A stretch of DNA of 46,827 bases, from sequence record PQ308734.1, one strand, 5' to 3'. Below, piece after piece: positions 15,896 to 24,221 of the stretch. Under the pieces are notes generated by a model, which did no database searches, was not told the DNA's origin, and saw only the letters and a program-made list of their open reading frames with translations. The stretch is from Klebsiella phage vB_Kp_Z1. Position 1 is the stretch's first letter, and each line of letters begins with the position of its first letter. The position numbers were made by a program, and so were the translations under genes.

Positions 15896-16964
15896 TTTTG
15901 GCGCTGAGGTAACTGAGCGAGTAAGCCCTGTCAAGCTGTGGCCTACTGAGGGCAATATAGTTGGCTTAGTGGATGCTGACCTATTACCATATAACATTGC
16001 TTATGGCCTTGACCCGCTGAAGGTACTACGAGCACAGAACAGAGTAGAGTCAGGCTCTTGCTCCTGTATTGCAGAGACACCTGAGTTTATTGATGCTGCT
16101 GAGTCTATGGCTACTCGCATGAACAACTGGCTTGAGGAAGCTGGCTGTGATGCCGCCATTCCATACATGACGAAATCAGATAGCAACTTCAGGCTTGATG
16201 TATCTTTCTCCAGACCATACAAAGGTCAGCGTAAGAAGGAGAAGCCTCCATTCTTCTATGAGTTGCGTGACTTCCTTATCAGCCACATGGGCGCTGTGAT
16301 GTCAGATGGAGAGGAGGCAGATGACCTTATCTCTATGGAAGCTGAGCGGCGCAACAAGCTGCTTGAGGAACAAGGCATTGTACTAGGCTCACCTACTCAT
16401 AAAGAGTTCTGTGACTTTGTGATTATCTCATCTGATAAGGATAGCCGCATCACAGCTGGCAGACACTATGACCCTTATCACATGAAGCTAACCTTCGGTA
16501 CACCTCTCGGTGAGCTTGAGCCTGTCTATAAAGACGGGAAGATTAAGGCTATCAAGGGAAGTGGTTTGCGCTTCTTCTATGCGCAACTCCTCATGGGCGA
16601 CAAGATTGATAACTACACTGGTATCCCTCGTTATAGATTGCAGAAGGTCTACGAGCTGCTCGGTCAGCTTAAGACAGAGCAAGAACTTTATTACACTGTA
16701 CTTGAAGCTTATAAAGATAAGTATGGCAAAGGTATGGTGGTGGAAAACTACCGTGGAACTAAGAAGTTCTATGATGATTACATGGATGACTTTGGAGTAC
16801 CGCCACCTGATTATGAACTTTGGAAAGGCAAGAAAGCTTTCCTCACACCTTATCAGCTGATGGTAGAGCAAGGGAGACTTGCGTACATGCAGAAGTTTAA
16901 GGGTGACATCTGGAGAGCTAATTGCAAGCTTCCATCAGGTGGAGACTTGAATGCATGGAGTTAA
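15876..16964 (+). CDS. 5'-3' exonuclease (T7 gp6 / FEN-like, 362 aa)
   Basis: GLVDADLLPY, IISSDKDSRI and LMGDKIDNYTGIPRY align with T7 gp6 motifs DGDWLVF, IISCDKDF and IKGDITDGYSGI. The start overlaps the HNH gene by 20 nt. Confidence 0.8.
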   Translation: MNLNEFDFGAEVTERVSPVKLWPTEGNIVGLVDADLLPYNIAYGLDPLKVLRAQNRVESGSCSCIAETPEFIDAAESMATRMNNWLEEAGCDAAIPYMTKSDSNFRLDVSFSRPYKGQRKKEKPPFFYELRDFLISHMGAVMSDGEEADDLISMEAERRNKLLEEQGIVLGSPTHKEFCDFVIISSDKDSRITAGRHYDPYHMKLTFGTPLGELEPVYKDGKIKAIKGSGLRFFYAQLLMGDKIDNYTGIPRYRLQKVYELLGQLKTEQELYYTVLEAYKDKYGKGMVVENYRGTKKFYDDYMDDFGVPPPDYELWKGKKAFLTPYQLMVEQGRLAYMQKFKGDIWRANCKLPSGGDLNAWS

Positions 16965-17362
16965 AGAAAACTACTAAAGCCGATTTAGTTTGGATTAAGA
17001 AAGAGCTGCTGGAGAAGCAGCGTTACCGTTGCCCTATTACTGGTAGAGATTTACGGACAATGAAGCCAGCTAACTTGTGTGTTGACCACTGTCACACATC
17101 AGGTGTTATTAGAGCTGTGCTGCCAAAGGGTATCAATGGACTTGAAGGAAAGATTAAAACACTGATGCAACGGTTTGGTGGCTTTGAGGCCACTGATGTA
17201 GTAGGACAGGCCAAGGCCTTATATGCACTAGCAGACTTCATCCTCTTACACAGAGTGCCACAGACACCTTATCTGCATCATACACACCTGTCACCAGCAG
17301 AGCAGAGGGCTAAGCGTAATGCTCAGGCTCGTAAGCGGTATGCTTTGAAGAAGAAGGAGTAA
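16955..17362 (+). CDS. Endonuclease VII-type Holliday-junction resolvase (135 aa from ATG 16955)
   Basis: CPITGRDL...VDHCHTSGVIRAVLPKGINGLEG matches the T4 gp49 endo VII signature (C-x2-G ... DH-H ... RG-L ... N ... G). The track ORF starts at 16922, overlapping the exonuclease. Confidence 0.75.
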   Translation: MELKKTTKADLVWIKKELLEKQRYRCPITGRDLRTMKPANLCVDHCHTSGVIRAVLPKGINGLEGKIKTLMQRFGGFEATDVVGQAKALYALADFILLHRVPQTPYLHHTHLSPAEQRAKRNAQARKRYALKKKE

Positions 17363-18486
17363 TGATGACTAAGATGACTGAGAAGCAGCTAAAGGAATGC
17401 CTTGTAGCTAAGATGACAACCAGTGAGATTGCCAAGAAGTTTGGACTGTCTCATAGGGCTGTTCAGGTTCGCAAGGCAGCTTTAGCCAAGAAAGGCTACA
17501 GCCCTGAGCATGACATGGTGCATCAGGTTCCTGAGGGCTTCTTGCTTAAGGGTCAGTCAACCTTATATGGTAAGGATGGGGATGTTAAGCTGACTTGGGT
17601 TAAGTCATCTATTGACCGTGATAAGCAGCTTGAGCTACTACGCGAGTTCATTGCTGGCATGGGTGATAACTTGCCCCGTGAGCTTCCAGTTACCTGTGGC
17701 GGTGTTGGTAGTGATGATCTGTTAAATCAGTTCACTATTACTGACTACCACTTAGGTATGCTGGCATGGGATGAGGAGTCTGGTGACAATTGGGATATGA
17801 AGATTGCAACTAACCTTATCCTCAAGTGGTTCCAAGAAGCTATCCGCTGTAGCCCTATGGCTAAGACAGCTGTTCTGGCTCAGCTTGGAGACTTCTTGCA
17901 TTGGGATGGCTTGGATGCAGTTACTCCAAGTAGCGGTCATGTGCTTGATGCTGACACACGCTTCCAGAAGCTGGCTCGTGCTGCCATCTACATCACAAGA
18001 GCTGTGATTAAGATGCTGCTTGAGAAGCATGAGAAAGTTCATGTTGTCTTTGCAGAAGGTAATCATGATATGGCTAGCTCAATCTGGATGCGTGAGTTCC
18101 TTACAGTGATGTATGAGAATGAGCCTCGTATTACTATTGACCAAAGTCCAGACCCTTATTATTGCTATGTGCATGGTGATACTACATTGTTCTACCATCA
18201 TGGGCATAAGAAGAAGATGGAGCAGTTGTCTGATGTGTTCGCTGCTAAGTTCCGTAGCGAGTGGGGTGCTAGTAAATACTCCTATGCTCACGTAGGTCAC
18301 TTGCATCATCACAAGGTGATTGAAAGCCCACTGATGAAGGTAGAGCAGCATCAGACTCTTGCAGCTAAGGATGCTTATGCAAGCCGTGGTGGTTGGCTGA
18401 GCAAGCGAGCTGCTACTGTCATCACTTACCATAAGAAGTTTGGGGAAGTATGTAGGGCTACCATCACACCTGAGATGGTGAGTTAG
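17362..18486 (+). CDS. Calcineurin-like metallophosphoesterase with an N-terminal HTH (374 aa)
   Basis: N-terminal TTSEIAKKFGLSHRAVQVRKAAL (a sigma-70 region 4 / LuxR-like HTH). Phosphoesterase motifs VVFAEGNHD (GNH[DE]), HGDT, HHGHKKK and GHLHHH. Confidence 0.6.
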   Translation: MMTKMTEKQLKECLVAKMTTSEIAKKFGLSHRAVQVRKAALAKKGYSPEHDMVHQVPEGFLLKGQSTLYGKDGDVKLTWVKSSIDRDKQLELLREFIAGMGDNLPRELPVTCGGVGSDDLLNQFTITDYHLGMLAWDEESGDNWDMKIATNLILKWFQEAIRCSPMAKTAVLAQLGDFLHWDGLDAVTPSSGHVLDADTRFQKLARAAIYITRAVIKMLLEKHEKVHVVFAEGNHDMASSIWMREFLTVMYENEPRITIDQSPDPYYCYVHGDTTLFYHHGHKKKMEQLSDVFAAKFRSEWGASKYSYAHVGHLHHHKVIESPLMKVEQHQTLAAKDAYASRGGWLSKRAATVITYHKKFGEVCRATITPEMVS

Positions 18487-18504
18487 AAACTACAATAGGA
18501 CTAA
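18482..18504 (+). promoter_or_regulatory. Phage RNAP promoter (GTTAGAAACTACAATAGGACTAA)
   Basis: 17 of 23 positions match, with the core ACTACAATAGGA intact. It overlaps the last codons of gene 17362 and lies 22 nt before gene 18526. Confidence 0.5.
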
Positions 18505-18525
18505 CAACTTAGGAAATTTACTGTA

Positions 18526-19086
18526 ATGAAAGATACTTATATCTTTGACTTGGATGGTACATTAGCTTGTGGTAAGCACCGCTTGCATCTACTGCCAACT
18601 AAGGATACTGCACACCGTACAGAAGCTTGGGATAGTTTCAATCTGGCTGCTGGTGGCGATGCTCCAATCCTTGACAACATCCGACTGATGAATGAACTGT
18701 TCCAGTTTGGTAAGCGTATCATCATCCTGTCTGGTCGTGGCGATGTAGCTAAGGCTATTACTGAGAAGTGGCTGTGGGAACATGGCTGTAACTTCAATCA
18801 GCTTATTATGCGCCCAGTAGCTGACCATCGTCGTGATATTGAGTTCAAGGAAGAAAAGCTGCGTGAGATTGGCCTTGAGCGAATTGTAGCTTGCTTTGAT
18901 GACCTTGAGCACGTAGCTAAGCATATCCGAAGCTTGGGTGTTACTTGTCATCTTGTCACTCACTATGACACTAACTGCGTCTCTGTGAGTCAGCATGTTC
19001 GCTATCCCGGCCTTATTCGTGGAGTAGGTCAGTATGAGCGGGGGTACAACCAAGCCATTGCAGACACCAGGGAGCTTAACAAATGA
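18526..19086 (+). CDS. HAD-superfamily phosphatase (186 aa)
   Basis: Motif I FDLDGTL at residues 7-13, a motif II-like ILSGR, and a C-terminal CFDD. Confidence 0.65.
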   Translation: MKDTYIFDLDGTLACGKHRLHLLPTKDTAHRTEAWDSFNLAAGGDAPILDNIRLMNELFQFGKRIIILSGRGDVAKAITEKWLWEHGCNFNQLIMRPVADHRRDIEFKEEKLREIGLERIVACFDDLEHVAKHIRSLGVTCHLVTHYDTNCVSVSQHVRYPGLIRGVGQYERGYNQAIADTRELNK

Positions 19087-19649
19087 TTGTAATCCTTAAC
19101 GCTCCACCCGCATCTGGTAAAGATACTATTGGTGGAATCTTAGCTGACTGGCATGGCTGGAAAGCACTTAGCTTCAAGAAGCCTATGTTTGACTTAGCTA
19201 AGTCACTGTTAGGTGAAGATAAGTATGCACAGTTCCTTGAGCTGTACAATGACCGCATCACTAAGGACAAGCCTACTAGCATTTGTGGTGGACTGTCACC
19301 TCGTGACTTCTTCATCCATATCTCTGAGAAGATGTGCAAGCCTCTGTTTGGTGAACAATACTTTGGTGAGCGCTTTCTTGAGCTGGTCAGCAATGAGGTA
19401 ACTACTGTAGTTACTGATGGCGGCTTCCATCAAGAGGTTCGTCCTATGCTGGATGCTGGTCATAGGGTTGTCATTGTACGCTTGTTCCGCAAGGGCTATG
19501 ACTTCTCTAATGACTCACGCCGATATTTAACTGAGCAGGACTTCTCATACTTGCCAACTTTCCGTAGCCCTTCATTCCTTGATGTAGAGCTTATAGAGGG
19601 TCAACCATACCGTGCAGCTGATTACATCTTCAATAAGCTAGAGGGTTAA
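19083..19649 (+). CDS. Deoxynucleoside monophosphate kinase (T4 gp1-like, 188 aa)
   Basis: LNAPPASGKDTIGGILA matches T4 gp1 LSGVKRSGKDTTADFI. KKPMFDLAKSLLG matches AGPIKDALAYAWG. VVTDGGFHQEVRPMLDAGHRVVIVR matches YIVPDTRQDHEMDAARAMGATVIHVVR. Confidence 0.7.
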   Translation: MIVILNAPPASGKDTIGGILADWHGWKALSFKKPMFDLAKSLLGEDKYAQFLELYNDRITKDKPTSICGGLSPRDFFIHISEKMCKPLFGEQYFGERFLELVSNEVTTVVTDGGFHQEVRPMLDAGHRVVIVRLFRKGYDFSNDSRRYLTEQDFSYLPTFRSPSFLDVELIEGQPYRAADYIFNKLEG

Positions 19650-19650
19650 T

Positions 19651-20637
19651 ATGAACGTATTTGAGTTCCTTGGGTACCCAGCTGACCATCGCCCCAAGAA
19701 TAAGGTTGTGCAGCTGGTTAAGCATTGGGATGAAGTACCTGAAAGCCGTAAGCTATATCCATACTATGCGCAGGTCAAGAAAGATGGTGTGTTTGGTATT
19801 GTTGTGGTAACTAAGGATGATGATGGCAACATTGCTGTTGCTGTCTTTGGTCGCACTGGTGAGCAGCTCAGTAACACTGAGGCAATCTGCTCACGCTTCC
19901 TTGAAGGCTACATTGCTGAGGGCATCTACATAGGGGAGGTACTGACTCAAGCTCCATGCAGCCTTGAGGAGCTGTCAGGTATCCTCAACCCTAATCGTGT
20001 CAATAAGCTGGACATCAATCAGGAAGTTATCAAGTGGAACTTGTACATTGCTCTGCATGACTGCTTAACTAAGAAGATGTTTATTGCTGGTACATCAGCT
20101 GGCATAAGCTATCACACCAGACACTCCAGCTTGATGAAGCGTATTGCAGGTACTGACCTAGAGGAAAGCGCACTGTCCTATACAGTCATCCACGATGACC
20201 ACCAGAAAGAGCAGTTCACTAAAGCTTGCATTGCTGCTGGTGAGGAGGGTGCAGTCTACAAGCGACCTGGCTGTGAGTGGGAAGCTGGTCATAAGGGCTG
20301 GCATCAGATGAAGGAAGTGCGTGAGGTAACATATGACCTAAAGTGTGTAGGCTACGAGGAAGGGTCAGGCAAGTACAAAGGAAAGGTCGCTAACCTAATC
20401 TTCCAATGGAAAGGTGGTGATACTATCAAAGCTATGCTTGGCAAAGGTTATACACATGCTGATGCTGAGAAGATGTTCATAGCTATCACTAAGCTTGGAT
20501 ATTTTGATGGTGAGCACCTTGAAAGCCCTATTGGAAAAGTCTTCCGTATTCGTGGCCTGCAAGATAGTAGCAAAGGTAAGATTCGCTTACCCAAGGTGCA
20601 GGAGGAGCGCCATGACAAGTCAGAAGGTGACTTTTAA
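19651..20637 (+). CDS. ATP-dependent ligase (nucleotidyltransferase KxDG motif; probably a DNA ligase like T7 gp1.3)
   Basis: Motif I AQVKKDGVFG (the lysine adenylylation site). Length 328 aa. The position matches the DNA-metabolism module. Confidence 0.7.
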   Translation: MNVFEFLGYPADHRPKNKVVQLVKHWDEVPESRKLYPYYAQVKKDGVFGIVVVTKDDDGNIAVAVFGRTGEQLSNTEAICSRFLEGYIAEGIYIGEVLTQAPCSLEELSGILNPNRVNKLDINQEVIKWNLYIALHDCLTKKMFIAGTSAGISYHTRHSSLMKRIAGTDLEESALSYTVIHDDHQKEQFTKACIAAGEEGAVYKRPGCEWEAGHKGWHQMKEVREVTYDLKCVGYEEGSGKYKGKVANLIFQWKGGDTIKAMLGKGYTHADAEKMFIAITKLGYFDGEHLESPIGKVFRIRGLQDSSKGKIRLPKVQEERHDKSEGDF

Positions 20638-20803
20638 GAGTAAGCAGCAAGCTATGGAGTTTGCCATCAACACTTTTGTAGATGGCAATCAACTCACATC
20701 AGCTGAGCAGGAAGCTGTTCAAGCTGCTGGTGTTAACATCAAACAGGTAGAGGACTATGTCAGACAAGCACTCGGTTCCAATGAACCTGAAGGAGAGGAT
20801 TAG
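20612..20803 (+). CDS. Hypothetical protein (63 aa)
   Basis: ATG 20612 inside the track ORF 20495-20803. It overlaps the ligase 3' end. Confidence 0.35.
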   Translation: MTSQKVTFKSKQQAMEFAINTFVDGNQLTSAEQEAVQAAGVNIKQVEDYVRQALGSNEPEGED

Positions 20804-20987
20804 TGACGATGAGTACCCGAATCCTAAAAACCCTACGGCTCTTGATTTACCTACATACTCCTTCTTGGATGATGCACTACGCACCCCGACAACTAACTAC
20901 CGTTCGGAGATGCATGAGTTCATCCGTAAGGAAGTTATCCAAGAACTACGAGGGATTATCTTCTCATGCCTCAAACTCCGCAAGTAA
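20757..20987 (+). CDS. Hypothetical protein (76 aa; an alternative start is at 20781)
   Basis: Protein-like composition. The competing ORF 20803-21033 is R/S-rich and is judged spurious. Confidence 0.3.
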   Translation: MSDKHSVPMNLKERISDDEYPNPKNPTALDLPTYSFLDDALRTPTTNYRSEMHEFIRKEVIQELRGIIFSCLKLRK

Positions 20988-21427
20988 GAGATGCAGGCCA
21001 CCTAGACCTGCTTATACTAGCAAGCCTTGCTAATGAGTACGCGCAAGAAGTTACTGAGATGAAACAGCATCCGGTGGACGCGAATGTACTCATGCAGGGA
21101 TTGGCAGCTACCTTAGGTAATCCAACGGGATACCTGAAGGTCTTAACTGTTGATGGTAAGGTGGTAGGTGGCTTTTGGGGCTGCTTAACCCACATGCCTT
21201 GGTCAGCGACATTAGTTGCACAGGACATTATCATCTTTGTTAATAAGGACTTCAGGGGTTATGGTAGGCTGCTGATAGATGACTGGCTCAAGTGGGCTAA
21301 GTCAGTGGGCGCAAAGGAAGTGTGCCTTAGCACAGCCTCAGGTATTGCAACAGAAACTACCTGCAAGCTGTTTGAAAGATTAGGATTCCGCAAAGTAGGC
21401 TATATGTATTCTAAGGAGGTTACATGA
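20966..21427 (+). CDS. GNAT-family N-acetyltransferase (153 aa)
   Basis: Acetyl-CoA-binding segment FRGYGRLLIDDWLKWAKSVGAKEV and LFERLGFRKVGY in the usual GNAT arrangement. Confidence 0.7.
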   Translation: MPQTPQVRDAGHLDLLILASLANEYAQEVTEMKQHPVDANVLMQGLAATLGNPTGYLKVLTVDGKVVGGFWGCLTHMPWSATLVAQDIIIFVNKDFRGYGRLLIDDWLKWAKSVGAKEVCLSTASGIATETTCKLFERLGFRKVGYMYSKEVT

Positions 21428-21630
21428 GCATGAGTAAACCTAAGGTTCCAGCATACAACCCGCCAGCTGCTAAGCCTGAGCGTCAGGTTGATGTTGAGCC
21501 TGAGGACGTACAGCTGGGGGATGAAGCCAGCCAAGATACAACTAAGAAAGGTAAACGTGCTCTTATGCGCCCAAGTGGTGTTATGAGCGGTGCAAACGCT
21601 GGTGGCGGTGGTGCTGGCTTAGCAGTCTAA
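21424..21630 (+). CDS. Small protein (68 aa), Gly-rich C-terminus; possibly a minor virion protein
   Basis: ATGA overlap with the GNAT gene. It lies immediately upstream of the portal gene, where T7 carries gp6.7/gp7.3-type small virion proteins. Confidence 0.45.
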   Translation: MSMSKPKVPAYNPPAAKPERQVDVEPEDVQLGDEASQDTTKKGKRALMRPSGVMSGANAGGGGAGLAV

Positions 21631-21639
21631 GGAGGGCTT

Positions 21640-23232
21640 ATGAGAGGGTATAGCCCTATCATCACTAAAGGTGGTGATGTTCCTTATATGAACAATCGCA
21701 TGAAGGTTAAGGAAGAATCTGGCAAGCCAAAGTCAACCCTAGCTGAGCGATACAAAACCCTCTCAGCTAAGAGGGAGACACAGCTCTCACGAGCTAAGAT
21801 GTATGCAAAGATTACCTTGCCTGCTCTGTTCACTGAAGACCAGAGTACTGACCAAGGTGATGCATACACTCAGAATAGCTGGCAGAGCTTAGGTGCGCAG
21901 GGTGTCAATCATCTGGCTAACAAGTTGGTTATGACTTGGTTCCCGCCACAGCGTTCTTTCTTTAAGCTAGAGTTTACCGATGAAGCTAAGCAGGCCTTGT
22001 ATGATGCTGGCACAAGTGATGTTGACTTGCTAAGTATTATGGCTAGAGCTGAGAACAAAGCTAGGCTGCTGCATGAACAAATCCAAGGACGCATTGCATG
22101 GACACAAGCTGCTAAGCATTTAATTGTTTCTGGCAATGCTATGTTGTATGCGCCACTTAATGATAGTCTTGTATGCTATCCAATGGATAAGTATGTAGTT
22201 AAGCGTTCAAAGACTGGACGTGTAACTCAGATGATTCTGGAAGAAGTCAAGTGCTTAAGTGAGTTCCCTCCAGCTGTTCAGGCTATCATCAAGGCTAAGC
22301 GTTTTAACATCAAGCAAGATGATACTGTTGAGTTGTACACACAAGCTAAGTGGGATGGCAGTATGTATGTCATCACCCAGGAAGCTGTGGATACCACAAT
22401 AGGTAAGGAATACCGAGTCAAGCCTGAGGAGTCACCATTCATCGTTCTAACTTGGGAGCGTCTGTATGGTGAGGACTATGGCCGTGGCTTGGTAGAATCT
22501 TGCTACGGTGATTTGTTCACTTATGCTTTCCTGTCTAAAGCTGTTGCTAAAGGCTGTGCGCTTATGTCAGAGGTTAAGTTCCTCGTCAAGCGTGGTTCAG
22601 CTACTTCACCTACTGCACATGCTAAAGCCGAAACAGGTGATTATGTATGGGGCGAGGAAGGGGATGTAAGTGTTGTACAGCTAGAGAAGTACGGTGACTA
22701 CCAGACAGTCTTATCAGTTCTTGAAACATACTCTAAGCGACTAGGACAGGCATTCCTTCTAGCATCTGCTAACCGCAGGGATGCAGAGCGAGTGACAACC
22801 TATGAGCTGCGTATGGATGCAATGGAGCTGGAGACATCATTAGGTGGAACCTATTCTCAGATTGCTGTATCAGGTCAGCTACCTTATGCTAACCTGTTGC
22901 TCAAGCGCTCTGGCTTTAAGCTACCTGCTACTGATGCTGTACCGATTATCATCACAGGTATTGAGGCGCTTGGTAAAGCTGGTGAGCTTGATAAGCTTAT
23001 GCAACTGTCAGAGATGATGGCAATCCCTAATAGCTGGTCGCCAGCTGCACAGGAGCGCATCAAGTGGTCTGACTATATCGCATTCATCGCAGCTAACCTT
23101 AACATGGAGACTAGCTGGCTGATGACTGAGGATGAGTACAACAAGATGAAGCAGGCGCAGCAACAGCAAATGCAGCAACAGCAACTTATGGAAGCTGCTG
23201 GTAAAGCTGCTCCACAAATGATGAAACAATAA
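21640..23232 (+). CDS. Portal (head-tail connector) protein (gp8-like, 530 aa)
   Basis: Size (T7 gp8 is 536 aa), position at the head of the structural module, a Q-rich C-terminus, and GGAGGG upstream. Confidence 0.85.
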   Translation: MRGYSPIITKGGDVPYMNNRMKVKEESGKPKSTLAERYKTLSAKRETQLSRAKMYAKITLPALFTEDQSTDQGDAYTQNSWQSLGAQGVNHLANKLVMTWFPPQRSFFKLEFTDEAKQALYDAGTSDVDLLSIMARAENKARLLHEQIQGRIAWTQAAKHLIVSGNAMLYAPLNDSLVCYPMDKYVVKRSKTGRVTQMILEEVKCLSEFPPAVQAIIKAKRFNIKQDDTVELYTQAKWDGSMYVITQEAVDTTIGKEYRVKPEESPFIVLTWERLYGEDYGRGLVESCYGDLFTYAFLSKAVAKGCALMSEVKFLVKRGSATSPTAHAKAETGDYVWGEEGDVSVVQLEKYGDYQTVLSVLETYSKRLGQAFLLASANRRDAERVTTYELRMDAMELETSLGGTYSQIAVSGQLPYANLLLKRSGFKLPATDAVPIIITGIEALGKAGELDKLMQLSEMMAIPNSWSPAAQERIKWSDYIAFIAANLNMETSWLMTEDEYNKMKQAQQQQMQQQQLMEAAGKAAPQMMKQ

Positions 23233-23242
23233 GAGGTGTTAA

Positions 23243-24121
23243 ATGAGCTACGAAATCCTTTCAGTTGGCGACCAGCCTGCTAATAACAATGGTACTAATG
23301 GCAACCTGTCAACTGCACCAGAAGAGACTCCAGCTACCACTGTAGAGGACAGCAACGGTAATGCTGTAGAGACTACCCAAGCAACCACTGAGACTCAGAC
23401 AACTGAGCAGGAAACTGAACAGACTACTGATGAACCTCAGGAGATTGTGCCTGAATACTTCTTTGGTGAAGACCAAGTTGAGGTTGAAGTACCTGAAGAT
23501 ATTGCAGCTGCTTTTGCTGAGAAGGGTATTGATAGCAATCAGGTACTGTCAGAGCTGTTTGCCAAGGGTGGTAAGTTTGAGCTTACACCTGAGACTAAAG
23601 CTAAGCTTGATGAAGCTTTTGGCAAGCCTCTGGTAGATGGCTACCTGAACCTCTACCGCCAGCAGAACAAGCTGGCTGTTGACCAGTTTAAGTCTGATGC
23701 AGCAGCTCAGGAGAAGTTGCACACTGAGATTACTGGTGACTTTAACACGCTGGTGGGCGGTGATGAGGGCTGGTCTGAGCTTGACAAGTGGGCTGCTGAG
23801 AACATGAGTGAAGCTGAGCTGGCATCCTTCAACGCTGTTATGCAGCTGCCGCCAGAAAACTGGAAAGCTCAACGGGCTGTCATTGAGGCCATGCAAATCA
23901 AGCGCGGTGCTGTTGTCGAGAAGACAGAGGGTACTGGCATGGGCGAGCTGATTGGTGATGACGGAGAAGCTGGCAAGCGCAATTCTGAGGGGTTGCCGCA
24001 AACTCTGACAATGGCTGAGTTCCAGAGCATGATGGGTACAGAGAAGTACCGGAAAGACCCCGCCTACGCTGCCCGTGTTGACGCCATCCGTCGAGCCTCT
24101 AAGCAAGCTGGTATTGCTTAA
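23243..24121 (+). CDS. Scaffolding protein (gp9-like, 292 aa)
   Basis: Highly acidic, T/E/Q-rich N-terminus with a helical C-terminus, lying between the portal and capsid genes. Confidence 0.75.
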   Translation: MSYEILSVGDQPANNNGTNGNLSTAPEETPATTVEDSNGNAVETTQATTETQTTEQETEQTTDEPQEIVPEYFFGEDQVEVEVPEDIAAAFAEKGIDSNQVLSELFAKGGKFELTPETKAKLDEAFGKPLVDGYLNLYRQQNKLAVDQFKSDAAAQEKLHTEITGDFNTLVGGDEGWSELDKWAAENMSEAELASFNAVMQLPPENWKAQRAVIEAMQIKRGAVVEKTEGTGMGELIGDDGEAGKRNSEGLPQTLTMAEFQSMMGTEKYRKDPAYAARVDAIRRASKQAGIA

Positions 24122-24138
24122 ATTTCAACCACTTAATA

Positions 24139-24161
24139 ATTAGGCACTACAATAGGAGAAG
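24139..24161 (+). promoter_or_regulatory. Phage RNAP promoter, exact consensus (ATTAGGCACTACAATAGGAGAAG); the major late promoter for the capsid gene
   Basis: Identical 23-mer to 39261-39283. The downstream leader has an AGCU-GAAAGU-AGCU hairpin and AAGGAGA before the ATG. Confidence 0.7.
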
Positions 24162-24221
24162 CTGAAAGTAGCTTTGTGGGCTAGTGCCTACCTAATAAAT
24201 TTATAAGGAGACAACTAACAT

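Noticed and set aside
20803-21033. 76-aa ORF
   Set aside because: R/S/P-rich, low-complexity translation that overlaps both the 20757-20987 ORF and the GNAT gene in another frame. Likely spurious.
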